This document shows, in pieces, positions 39,502-48,628 of a DNA stretch of 64,000 nucleotides (position 1 is the first letter of the stretch; each line of letters begins with the position of its first letter). The DNA is from Syntrophales bacterium. Its GTDB lineage: Bacteria; Desulfobacterota; Syntrophia; Syntrophales; PHBD01. The DNA is taken from positions 2,304,001-2,368,000 of the forward strand of contig OY764159.1 in NCBI GenBank assembly GCA_963668175.1, written 5' to 3'. The translations under genes and the position numbers were made by a program. Under the pieces are notes generated by a model. That model was not told the DNA's origin and made no database searches. It saw nothing but the letters and a program-made list of their open reading frames with translations.

Positions 39502-40785
39502 ATGCTTACGCTGTCGATCTTCGCCGTTCTTCTGATCCTCATCATGATGAACCTCCCCATCGCCGTGGCCATGGGACTCACCGCGGTCGGGTTTTTCGTC
39601 TACCTGGGCGACGCCGACCTGCTCACAATGCTGCCGCAGCGGATGTACGCCTCGACGACGGGATTCACGCTCCTTGCCATCCCGTTCTTCATCCTGGCGG
39701 GGAACCTCATGAACACCGGAGGCGTCACGACGCGGATCTTCCGCTTCGCCAAGGCCGTCGTCGGCCACATTCCGGGCGGGATGGGGCAGGTCTGCGTGAT
39801 CGCGAACGTCATCTTCTCCGGCATGTCCGGCTCGGCCATCGCCGACGCGGCGGGCCTGGGACAGGTCCTCCACAAGGCGATGGTGGACAACGGCTTCAAG
39901 CCGAAGTTTTCGGCGGCCATCGTGGCCTCGGCTGCGACGATCGGCCCGGTCATCCCGCCCAGCATCCCGTTCGTCCTCTACGGGGCCTTGACGGGCGTAT
40001 CCGTCGGCAAGCTTTTCCTCGCCGGCTTCGTCCCGGGAGTGCTCATGGCAGCCGCCATGATGATCGCCATCGCCTTCCTGGCGAAACGCTACAACCTGCC
40101 GAAGGAAAAACGTGCCGATCTCCGGGAAATCGTCGCCAGCGTCAGGGGAGCGTTCCTTGCCCTCATGACGCCGGTCATCATCATCGGCGGCATCCTCACG
40201 GGCGTCTTCACCCCGACGGAGGCCTCGGTTGTTGCGTCGCTGTATGCGCTCTTTCTGGGGTTCCTGTATCGGGACCTGAAGCTCAAGGATCTGCCCGGCA
40301 TCTTCTGGGCGTCCATCCGGCAGACGGTGAGCCTCATGTTCATCATTGCCGCCGCGGGCTTCTTCGGCTGGCTCACGATCCACCAGCAGATCCCCGACCA
40401 GGTGATCTCGTCGCTCACCGTCATGAGCGCGACGTCCGCGGGCGTCATCGCCATGGTCATTATTATCGTTCTCATTTTAGGCTGCTTCCTGGAAGGCAAC
40501 GCGATCTTCATCATCACCATTCCGATCTTCGTACCGACGGCCGCGCAGTTCGGGATCGACCTCGTCAACTTCGGCGTCGTGATGACGCTTCTCATCATGA
40601 TCGGGAACCTGACGCCCCCCGTCGGCATGTGCCTCTTCGCCGTGTCGGCTTTCAGCAAGGTCAGGATCACGACGCTGGCCGTCGAGGTGTGGCCCTATCT
40701 CTTAGGCATCCTGATCGTGACGATCGTCATCGCCTACGTTCCCGGGATAGCGCTTTTCGTTCCGAATCTCTTCATGTCCGGTTAG
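39502..40785 (+). CDS. dctM: TRAP transporter large permease
   Basis: LLAIPFFILAGNLMN, SGSAIAD, IPPSI, TPTEA, TPPVG. Confidence 0.95.
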   Translation: MLTLSIFAVLLILIMMNLPIAVAMGLTAVGFFVYLGDADLLTMLPQRMYASTTGFTLLAIPFFILAGNLMNTGGVTTRIFRFAKAVVGHIPGGMGQVCVIANVIFSGMSGSAIADAAGLGQVLHKAMVDNGFKPKFSAAIVASAATIGPVIPPSIPFVLYGALTGVSVGKLFLAGFVPGVLMAAAMMIAIAFLAKRYNLPKEKRADLREIVASVRGAFLALMTPVIIIGGILTGVFTPTEASVVASLYALFLGFLYRDLKLKDLPGIFWASIRQTVSLMFIIAAAGFFGWLTIHQQIPDQVISSLTVMSATSAGVIAMVIIIVLILGCFLEGNAIFIITIPIFVPTAAQFGIDLVNFGVVMTLLIMIGNLTPPVGMCLFAVSAFSKVRITTLAVEVWPYLLGILIVTIVIAYVPGIALFVPNLFMSG

Positions 40786-40796
40786 GAGGCGAGACC

Positions 40797-41309
40797 ATGC
40801 CGACGATCACAGCTATACTGAAACGGCTCGACAAGATGCTGCTTGCCGCCCTCAAGACGGTCTGCATTGCCTGCTTTGTGCTGCTGACGGCCCTCATCAC
40901 GGCCAACGTCTTCGTCCGCTTCTTTCCCGTCGCGTCCCTGCACTGGTTCGACGAGATCATCGAACTGCTCTACGCCTACCTCGTCTTCTACGGGGCGGCG
41001 GCGCTGTGGATCACGCGGGAGCACATCAGCGTGGGCGACTGGATCGGCGGCGCGGTCGTGAAGAATATGAGGCTCCGGCATGCCTTCGGGGCCGTCGTGG
41101 AGATCATGGTCCTGATCTTCGTTCTCGTATTTTTCTATTATTCCCAGCAATTGACCGAGCGGGCCATCGACGTGACCAACGTCTTCGCCATGCCGAAGAA
41201 GATCCTCTATTCGTGCATGCCGGCCGCCGGCGCCGTGATGATCGTCTATACGCTGAGAAACATCGCTGTCGAGGTGGCGAACGCCGTTAAACCCGACACG
41301 AAAGGTTAA
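40797..41309 (+). CDS. dctQ: TRAP transporter small permease
   Basis: NVFVRF, WFDEI, EHISV; four TM. Confidence 0.9.
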   Translation: MPTITAILKRLDKMLLAALKTVCIACFVLLTALITANVFVRFFPVASLHWFDEIIELLYAYLVFYGAAALWITREHISVGDWIGGAVVKNMRLRHAFGAVVEIMVLIFVLVFFYYSQQLTERAIDVTNVFAMPKKILYSCMPAAGAVMIVYTLRNIAVEVANAVKPDTKG

Positions 41310-41321
41310 AAGGAGTCACAC

Positions 41322-42152
41322 ATGGACATACGTTATTCGATCCATCCGGATCATATGAAACAGTTCGATACGGAAACGGTCCGCAAGCATCTTTTGATCG
41401 AGAGGCTGTTCGAAAAGGGCAAGATCGACATGGTCTACAGCCACGTGGACCGGATCATCGCCGGGGGCGCCTGCCCCATCGGCTCGCCGCTGGCGCTCAC
41501 GGTGACGAAGGAGCTGGGCGTGGAACATTTCCTCGAACGGCGGGAGATGGGGATCGTCAACATCGGGGCGGCGGGGACCGTCGCCGTCGACAAGAAGGAG
41601 TACAAGCTCGCGAACAAAGAGGTCCTCTACATCGGTATGGGCGCGAAGACCGTCGCCTTCAAGAGCGCAGACCGGGCGAACCCTGCCAGGTTCTATTTTC
41701 TATCCACACCGGCCCATGCGACGTATCCCACGGTCAGGCTCTCCATGAAGGACGCCCAGCAGGTCGAGATGGGAAGCGCGGACCAGGCCAACGCCCGGAC
41801 GATCTACCAGTTCATCCACCCGGCGGTCATGAAGAGCTGCCAGCTTGTCATGGGCTTCACCGTGCTGAAGACGGGGAGCGTCTGGAACACGATGCCGCCC
41901 CACACCCACGACCGGCGGATGGAGGTCTATCTCTATTTCGACCTGCCCGCCGACGGCCTGGTCTTCCATCTGTGCGGCGAGCCGCAGGAGACGCGCCACA
42001 TCGTCGTCCGGAACGAGGAAGCGGTCATATCCCCCAGCTGGTCCATCCACGCCGGGGTCGGCACGGTCAGCTACACGTTTATCTGGGGCATGGCGGGCGA
42101 GAACCAGACGTTCACCGACATGGACCATTGCGAACCAGCGCAGTTAAAATAA
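41322..42152 (+). CDS. kduI: 5-dehydro-4-deoxy-D-glucuronate isomerase
   Basis: YSHVDRII, WNTMPPHTHDRRMEVYLYF, SPSWSIH, GENQ.F.DMD. Confidence 0.97.
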   Translation: MDIRYSIHPDHMKQFDTETVRKHLLIERLFEKGKIDMVYSHVDRIIAGGACPIGSPLALTVTKELGVEHFLERREMGIVNIGAAGTVAVDKKEYKLANKEVLYIGMGAKTVAFKSADRANPARFYFLSTPAHATYPTVRLSMKDAQQVEMGSADQANARTIYQFIHPAVMKSCQLVMGFTVLKTGSVWNTMPPHTHDRRMEVYLYFDLPADGLVFHLCGEPQETRHIVVRNEEAVISPSWSIHAGVGTVSYTFIWGMAGENQTFTDMDHCEPAQLK

Positions 42153-42173
42153 TCATCGGAAGGAGGTTGGACG

Positions 42174-42935
42174 ATGATCCTTCAGGCATTTAATTTGGCG
42201 GGAAAGGCGGCGATCGTGACGGGCGCCCGGACGGGGCTGGGGCAGGGGATGGCCCTGGGGCTGGCCGAAGCCGGGGCCGACATCGTCGGCGTCGACCGGG
42301 AGCCTTTGGCGGAGACGGAAAAACGGGTGAGGGAAACGGGCGGCCGTTTCCTGGGGATCGAGGCGGATTTGTCCGACATCGGCGCGATCGACGGGATCGT
42401 CAAGCGGACGGTCGAAGCCTTCGGCCGGCTCGATATCCTGATCAACAACGCCGGGATCATCCGCCGCGCCGACGCCATCGACTTCGGCGAGAAGGACTGG
42501 GACGACGTAATGGCCGTGAACTTGAAGACGGTCTTCTTCTTCGCCCAGGCCGCGGCCCGGCAGTTCCTCAAGCAGAAGACGGGCGGCAAGATCGTCAATG
42601 TCGCGTCGATGCTCTCCTTCCAGGGGGGCATCCGGGTGCCGTCCTACACGGCAAGCAAGAGCGGCGTCATGGGCATTACGAGGCTCCTGGCCAACGAATG
42701 GGCGCAGCACAACATTAACGTCAACGCCATTGCTCCGGGCTACATGGCGACGGACAATACGGCTGCCATCCGGGCGGACGCGGCGCGGAGCGAGGCCATC
42801 CTGGAGAGGATACCGGCGGGGCGGTGGGGCGTGCCCGACGACCTGAAGGGCGTCGCCGTCTTCCTGGCCTCGGAGGCCTCCGCCTATGTGAACGGCTACA
42901 CGGTGGCCGTGGACGGCGGATGGCTCGCGCGTTAG
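42174..42935 (+). CDS. kduD: 2-dehydro-3-deoxy-D-gluconate 5-dehydrogenase
   Basis: SDR; NNAGIIRR, ASMLSFQGGIRVPSYTASKS, LANEWA. Confidence 0.97.
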   Translation: MILQAFNLAGKAAIVTGARTGLGQGMALGLAEAGADIVGVDREPLAETEKRVRETGGRFLGIEADLSDIGAIDGIVKRTVEAFGRLDILINNAGIIRRADAIDFGEKDWDDVMAVNLKTVFFFAQAAARQFLKQKTGGKIVNVASMLSFQGGIRVPSYTASKSGVMGITRLLANEWAQHNINVNAIAPGYMATDNTAAIRADAARSEAILERIPAGRWGVPDDLKGVAVFLASEASAYVNGYTVAVDGGWLAR

Positions 42936-42966
42936 GCGCGCCGGAAGGCCGAAAGAATGAACCGAT

Positions 42967-43065
42967 TATCAGCTTGTTGAAAAACTCGATTTTGAGCCCC
43001 CTATGCAGGGGGCAAGTCCCCTGAAGGGGATAAACAACAGATGGACGTTTTTCAGCAGCCTGTTA
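42967..43065. mobile_element. MITE/REP-like element, short copy
   Basis: Terminal inverted repeats CAGCTTGTTGAAAAAC...GTTTTTCAGCAGCCTG; both ends match the element at 46339-46502 in reverse orientation. Confidence 0.75.
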
Positions 43066-43079
43066 TGGAGAAAGCGACC

Positions 43080-44123
43080 ATGAAGAAAGCGGCCGTGAAA
43101 AAGGTAGTGACTTTCGGAGAGATCATGCTGCGGTTGAGCCCGCCGGGCTTCCAGCGCTTCGGCCAGGCCCGGTCGTTCGAAGCCGTCTTCGGCGGCGGCG
43201 AGGCGAACGTTTCTGTGTCCCTCGCCAATTACGGCGTCGCGACGGATTTCGTGACGAGGCTTCCGGACCACGACCTGGGCGACGCCTGCATCGCACACCT
43301 GCGCGGCTTCGACGTGGGCACCGGAAAAATCGTGCGGGGCGGCAGCCGCATCGGCATCTATTTCCTCGAATACGGCGCCGTGCAGCGCGGAAGCAAGGTG
43401 ATCTACGACCGGGCCGGTTCGGCGGCCTCGCAGATTGCGCCCGGCATGATCGATTGGGACGCGGTCTTTGCCGATGCCGACTGGTTCCACTGGTGCGGCA
43501 TCACCCCCGCCGTCAGCGCCAGCCTCTACGAGGCGTGCCTGGAAGGCCTTGCCGCCGCGAAACGCAGGGGCCTTACGGTTTCCTGCGATCTCAACTACCG
43601 GGCCAAGCTCTGGAAGTGGGGAAAATCGGCCGGGGACGCGATGTCCGGCATGGTCGGACTTTGCGACGTCGTCGTGGCGAACGAGGAGGACGCGGAGCTG
43701 ATCTTCGGCATCGAGGCGCCGAAGGGGGAAAGCGGCACGGATACAGGTAAAAAGTTCGGACCGGTCGCGGCGGAATTGAAAGCGCGGTTTCCGAATCTGA
43801 ACCTCGTCGGCATCACCGTGCGCGGAAGCGTGAGCGCGACCCACAATACGTGGACGGGGATTCTCTATGACGGGAAGGATCTGTATGTCGGGCCGCGGTA
43901 CGAGATCACCGACATCGTGGACCGCATCGGCACGGGCGACGCCTTCACCGGCGGCCTGATCTACGGCCTGCGCACCTATGGCCGCGACTTGCAGAAGGCC
44001 CTCGACTTCGCCGTGGCGGCCTCTTGCCTCAAGCATTCGATCGTCGGCGATTTCAACCGCGTTACGGTCGATGAGGTGGAGAAGGTCATGGCCGGCGAAG
44101 GGTCCGGACGGGTGGCGCGATAA
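43080..44123 (+). CDS. kdgK: 2-dehydro-3-deoxygluconokinase (PfkB family)
   Basis: TFGEIMLRL, GGGEANV, DLNYRAKLW, DRIGTGDAF. Confidence 0.92.
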   Translation: MKKAAVKKVVTFGEIMLRLSPPGFQRFGQARSFEAVFGGGEANVSVSLANYGVATDFVTRLPDHDLGDACIAHLRGFDVGTGKIVRGGSRIGIYFLEYGAVQRGSKVIYDRAGSAASQIAPGMIDWDAVFADADWFHWCGITPAVSASLYEACLEGLAAAKRRGLTVSCDLNYRAKLWKWGKSAGDAMSGMVGLCDVVVANEEDAELIFGIEAPKGESGTDTGKKFGPVAAELKARFPNLNLVGITVRGSVSATHNTWTGILYDGKDLYVGPRYEITDIVDRIGTGDAFTGGLIYGLRTYGRDLQKALDFAVAASCLKHSIVGDFNRVTVDEVEKVMAGEGSGRVAR

Positions 44124-44145
44124 AGGGAAAACGGAGGTTTACGGT

Positions 44146-44829
44146 ATGGCAAGATTCAGGAGGATGGACGTCCTGCAGGCGATGATCGGGGACGGCCTCG
44201 TTCCCGTCTTCTACCACGATTCGCCGGAGACGGCGAAGAAGATAGCCGCGGCGGTCGCCGCCGGCGGCGCGCGGGTCCTCGAATTCACGAACCGGGGCGA
44301 CGGGGCCTTCCGGGTCTTCTCGGAACTTGCCGCCTGGTGCGCAAAAGAAATCCCGCAGCTCATCCTGGGCGTCGGCTCCGTCGTGGAGCCCGAGACCGCC
44401 GCGCTCTACGTCAACGGCGGCGCGAACTTCGTCGTGGGGCCGGTGCTCTCCGCCGACATCGCAAAACTCTGCAACCGGAGGAAGATCGCCTACTGCCCCG
44501 GCTGCGGCTCGACGAGCGAGATATCGCAGGCGGAGGAGTACGGCGTCGAAATCTGCAAAATCTTCCCGGGCAGGGAAGTGGGCGGTCCCGGATTCATCAA
44601 GTCCGTCCTCGCCCCGATGCCGTGGAGCCTCCTCATGCCCACCGGCGGCGTGGAGGCCACGCGCGAGTCGGTGACGGCGTGGATTGCGGCGGGGGCGGCC
44701 TGCGTCGGCGTAGGTTCCAACCTGATTTCGGGCGACCTTGTCGCAGCGGGCGAATTCGCGGCCATCTCCCGGAAGACCGCCGACATACTGCAATGGATTA
44801 ATGAGGCCCGGGCGGGGAAGAAAATCTAA
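44146..44829 (+). CDS. eda: KDPG/KHG aldolase
   Basis: LEFTNRG, KIFPG, MPTGGV. Confidence 0.92.
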   Translation: MARFRRMDVLQAMIGDGLVPVFYHDSPETAKKIAAAVAAGGARVLEFTNRGDGAFRVFSELAAWCAKEIPQLILGVGSVVEPETAALYVNGGANFVVGPVLSADIAKLCNRRKIAYCPGCGSTSEISQAEEYGVEICKIFPGREVGGPGFIKSVLAPMPWSLLMPTGGVEATRESVTAWIAAGAACVGVGSNLISGDLVAAGEFAAISRKTADILQWINEARAGKKI

Positions 44830-45031
44830 ACGGGCGTTCGCCGCGCTGACCTTTCGGTGCGAAAAAAGACTGGCCTTTGCGAAGGTTTCGCTACCACCGA
44901 TGCGTTCAGGCCATGTCCCGGGGCGGCACGTCCCGGTGTCATATCGTTTTTCATTTCCGGCGTGAGGGGGAGAGAGACAGATTTCATCGGACGGGCGCAA
45001 TCGCCCGCATTTGCTCATGGGGGAGACGCTT

Positions 45032-45964
45032 ATGAAAAAGAGAATCTTTGTTGCGTTGATCGGCATCGTGTTTTGCGGAACGGTGATGGCGGCGGACGTC
45101 GCTGCCGCAGGCAAGGAGAAGATCGTCCTTAAAAAGTATCCGGATTTCAAAATCGGCATCCTGGCGAACAATTTCATCAAGCCCCTGCCGCTCACCAAGG
45201 ACAACATGAAGAAGATCATGGACTGGACGAGCGCCAACGGTTTCGCCTGGATGGAGATCCGCGACCCGCGGGCGGACCTGACCTACGCGGAATGCAAGGA
45301 GCTCGCGGCCTACGCGGCGAAGAAGAAGATCGAGATCGTCTACGCCCTGAACATCGGCTTCCTCGACCCGCAGTTCGACGAGGTCTTTTACCGGGGCTGC
45401 GCAAACGCCCTTTTGTTCCCGGGACCGAAGGTGATCAGGACGTCGGCCCCCGGCCCGGAATTCAACGCCGACCCGAAAAAGGCGACATGGACCAGAGAGG
45501 AATTCGGCAGGATTCTCACGGTGGCGAACAACGCCGCGAACATGGCAAAGCTGACGGGCCTTGATCTGGTCATCGAGCATGCCTTCGAGGCGATGCAGGG
45601 CGATGGCGCGACGGCCTTCGGGATGGTGGAGCTTCAGACGAAAGGGAACTCGAACATCGGCTCGCAGTACGACACGGCGAACTTCTTCGCCGTAAGCCGT
45701 GCGCCGGTGTCGGCCGATGCCGCGAAGGGGTACTTCGAGAAATTCGCACCGAAGACCCGCTACGTCCATATCAAGACCTGCGGTGCGAACAACGTGGTGA
45801 CGGACAGTATCACGGACAACGTGCTCGACCTGGGCGCGATCTTCGACATTGTGGCAAAGGCGAAGATCCGTTATCTCGCGATCGAAATCCCCCAGCAGGC
45901 GAAGTTCGAGGACGTGGAGACGAATCTCAAAAAGAGCGTGGCCTATCTGAAAAGTAAATTCTGA
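45032..45964 (+). CDS. exported sugar-phosphate isomerase/epimerase-like TIM barrel
   Basis: Signal peptide; MEIRD, VIEH, YDTANF, HIKT, IEIP metal-site pattern. Confidence 0.75.
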   Translation: MKKRIFVALIGIVFCGTVMAADVAAAGKEKIVLKKYPDFKIGILANNFIKPLPLTKDNMKKIMDWTSANGFAWMEIRDPRADLTYAECKELAAYAAKKKIEIVYALNIGFLDPQFDEVFYRGCANALLFPGPKVIRTSAPGPEFNADPKKATWTREEFGRILTVANNAANMAKLTGLDLVIEHAFEAMQGDGATAFGMVELQTKGNSNIGSQYDTANFFAVSRAPVSADAAKGYFEKFAPKTRYVHIKTCGANNVVTDSITDNVLDLGAIFDIVAKAKIRYLAIEIPQQAKFEDVETNLKKSVAYLKSKF

Positions 45965-46070
45965 ATTTGGTTCATCCGGGCCTTGGAACGGAGTCGGGGG
46001 AGGGATGTCGAGGGGGCCCCCGCCTTCGCCGAGGCCCGAATCAAACCGATGCCGGGACACGGCCTGGGCG

Positions 46071-46097
46071 AAAAAAGGGACGAATGTCCCTTTTTTT
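46071..46097. terminator. intrinsic terminator
   Basis: AAAAAAGGGAC-gaat-GTCCCTTTTTTT. Confidence 0.8.
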
Positions 46098-46338
46098 ATA
46101 CCGGGGATCGGGCGTGGGAGCGGGCAGCGAAAAAAACAGGGCGCTATCTGTTTTCCTCTTGGCAGTATCTCATCACAGCACGCAGCCGTAGAAAATTCTG
46201 AACAGCGGAATTGTTGGGTTCACCTACAACTCAACGGGAGCAAAGGCTATGAGAAACCATGATAACCATTCGTACTATTGCATCCGATGTAAGCGGCAGA
46301 AAAGCGGCGGGCGATCATGTTCACATGTTCATTTCATT

Positions 46339-46502
46339 TAACCGGCTGTTGAAAAACGCCCATCTGTTGCGCGTGCCCCCTGCATAGGGGGTTGCGCTTC
46401 GGCTCTCGGATGCTCACGTACATTTAAAGTACGCTCCGCTCCTCAGCCCTTGCGCGCCCCCGGCATAGGGGGTTCAAAATCGAATTTTTCAACAAGCTGT
46501 TA
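46339..46502. mobile_element. MITE/REP-like element, long copy
   Basis: TAACCGGCTGTTGAAAAA...TTTTTCAACAAGCTGTTA terminal inverted repeats; internal duplicated GCATAGGGGGTT; central CGTAC-atttaaa-GTACG hairpin. Confidence 0.8.
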
Positions 46503-46570
46503 GACCCAGCCGGGATATCGGCCAAATCATGACAGCGAACCGTATAAAATCTGCTGCATTGCGAATTGAA

Positions 46571-47836
46571 TTATCTTAGTGCCCGTTTAGCGTCATACTG
46601 CCTCTCGCCTTCGTCTATGGCTTTGAACATAACCGTGGCAGCCTTTCTTTCCTCCTGCGTTCCTTTCCCTCTGCCAAGACAGTAATCGCTGTAGAGTCTT
46701 CGTATGACCTGTTTTGAGGCATCAAACGCATTCTTGTCACCGATGAATTCGGCCACGACCATCTTTTGATAATAGTAAAGGAGATTTTCCCGGAGTCGTT
46801 CAAAATACTTGTCTTGCAACATGCCGCTTTCCGCCTGGATGAATGCGTCCATCGCCTCGCGCAGGCATGCAAGCCGCATCTCCCTATGCTGTTCAACGTC
46901 TTTGCCGAGGTCTTCGATCTTGCGATGGTATTGCGATTGCGTAATATGTAAAAGGCCTTTGAAATAATGGTAACTCGCCTTCTCGTCAGCCGGGGCCACT
47001 GTCAAAAATGTCGTGACAAAGTCTATTCCCAATGAGGCAGCAATAACGGCATCCTCATAGGTACGCTGCTTGGAGAAAAGGCGATGCCCCTCCAGTCCGG
47101 CTTGGGCCGCTATGCGGAATCTTCTGTCAACCGTCTCTTGCATCGCTGCGACGTATTTTTCTTTGACATCCAATCCCCTTGAGTCCCGCCACGATTCATT
47201 ATCCCTGTTATAAGTGCGGAATCCTTTCTCCTGGTTTGCATAAAGACAGGCCGGGCATATCTTTATGGAAAAGAGGGAATAGTCGATATAGGTCCGGTTG
47301 CCTGCGGCCTCCGTGTACTCAGTCATGTAAAAATCGTCCAGTTGAGACTGCGCCCCTCCATATTTCAGCCCCGGCGAGAAAAACACCGTCTTGTCAAATG
47401 GACATGAGAGTTGGTAATTAAAAAGGACCTCTGTAGAAGATTTTTCAATACCTCTGAATTCTGCAGGAAAAAGGGTGGGGGCAGGTTTCTGATCGGCGTC
47501 TGCGCTTAGCTTCGGCAGGGCTTTGTCAAGAATCGGGATAATGACATCCTCTATCGTGATCTGCCTGGTCTCTTGATAAGCGATAAACCTTGCCAAAAGC
47601 GAAGAGGGGATTTTGACGAGACGGGAAACAAAGTTTCCTGTCGGTTCCGCTGTCTTTGCAAAGAATCCGTCAGGGAACGACGTTTCCGTGATATTACCGG
47701 TTTGCGGTGTCAATCTCTCAAGCAGCGGAATGATAATTCCTTCAATGCTTAAGTGTTTCGATTGTTGAAACGCATCAAGCCGCGCAAACAGCTTCGAAGG
47801 AAATTTTATCGGTTGTTCAAAATAATCGACGCCCAT
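46571..47836 (-). CDS. DUF2225-like protein with duplicated N-terminal module
   Basis: LSCPFDKTVF...IKICPACLYA then helical region; lower GC than flanks. Confidence 0.65.
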   Translation of the reverse strand: MGVDYFEQPIKFPSKLFARLDAFQQSKHLSIEGIIIPLLERLTPQTGNITETSFPDGFFAKTAEPTGNFVSRLVKIPSSLLARFIAYQETRQITIEDVIIPILDKALPKLSADADQKPAPTLFPAEFRGIEKSSTEVLFNYQLSCPFDKTVFFSPGLKYGGAQSQLDDFYMTEYTEAAGNRTYIDYSLFSIKICPACLYANQEKGFRTYNRDNESWRDSRGLDVKEKYVAAMQETVDRRFRIAAQAGLEGHRLFSKQRTYEDAVIAASLGIDFVTTFLTVAPADEKASYHYFKGLLHITQSQYHRKIEDLGKDVEQHREMRLACLREAMDAFIQAESGMLQDKYFERLRENLLYYYQKMVVAEFIGDKNAFDASKQVIRRLYSDYCLGRGKGTQEERKAATVMFKAIDEGERQYDAKRALR

Positions 47837-48244
47837 GTTATCTTAAGTGAAGTACCGCGAAAGCTCTATGATTTTCAAGTCAAGTAAACGGGTTTCTCCC
47901 GATCTACGGGTTAAGGGTTTTTCATTTCGTACCAGGTTTATGCTGCAAGTCCGCCTTTCAAACCCATGGAACTCAAGAACCTGATTTGAAACACATGATC
48001 GAGAAAGTTTTTGCCTGTAAAGAATCGTTAGCAGGATGAATGATTACGCCTTGTACTCTAGCATGAATGGCGGAAAATGGACATGCTTTGTTTCAGGAAG
48101 TAATCAACGGATGTTCCGAAAGCGGAAATGAACAGATCGGTAACGGCTTATTCCCTGCGGGAAAAATGCCGTGCGGCGGCCTCTTGGGGGCAGGTCGGGG
48201 GCGGATGCGTCCGGATTGCCGTCGCGCCGGAAGCGCCTGCCCGT

Positions 48245-48433
48245 TCAGGATTCGTCTATCCAAGCGTGCTGTGCTTCTTCCTTCCGGTTGCGCATCTGCT
48301 CTTCCATGACCATCTGCGCCAGTCTCTTCTGGCTTGAGATGAACTCGCCCGATACGATGTCGCGGGGACGCGGCAGGTCGATTGGCACGACCTCCTTGAT
48401 CGTGCCGGGGCGGAACGTCATGACCGTGATCCG
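48245..48433 (-). pseudogene. diverged duplicate of the 3' end of the ABC ATPase at 52063-52875
   Basis: Encodes RITVMTFRPGTIKEVVPIDLPRPRDIVSGEF...MEEQMR; aligns by eye to 52063-52251. Confidence 0.85.
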
Positions 48434-48628
48434 GCTGCGGAACTCGCGTCGGAAAGGAGAATATCCTCATGCCGTTTTCGCCGGTCAGTCCCGTGCCGCA
48501 GCATGCGGCCGCGCAAAAGACAGTCGCAAAGGCGAAACGGCCGGCGTCACCGACTGCCCTGCAAGCCGATCGTATTCCGCAATAACCGGCGTCCCCGCAT
48601 GCGGAGTATTTACATTGTCCCGACCGGT

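Noticed and set aside
48245..48433. Duplicated ATPase tail as a DGR template repeat
   Set aside because: Mismatches are not adenine-specific and there is no reverse transcriptase in the window.
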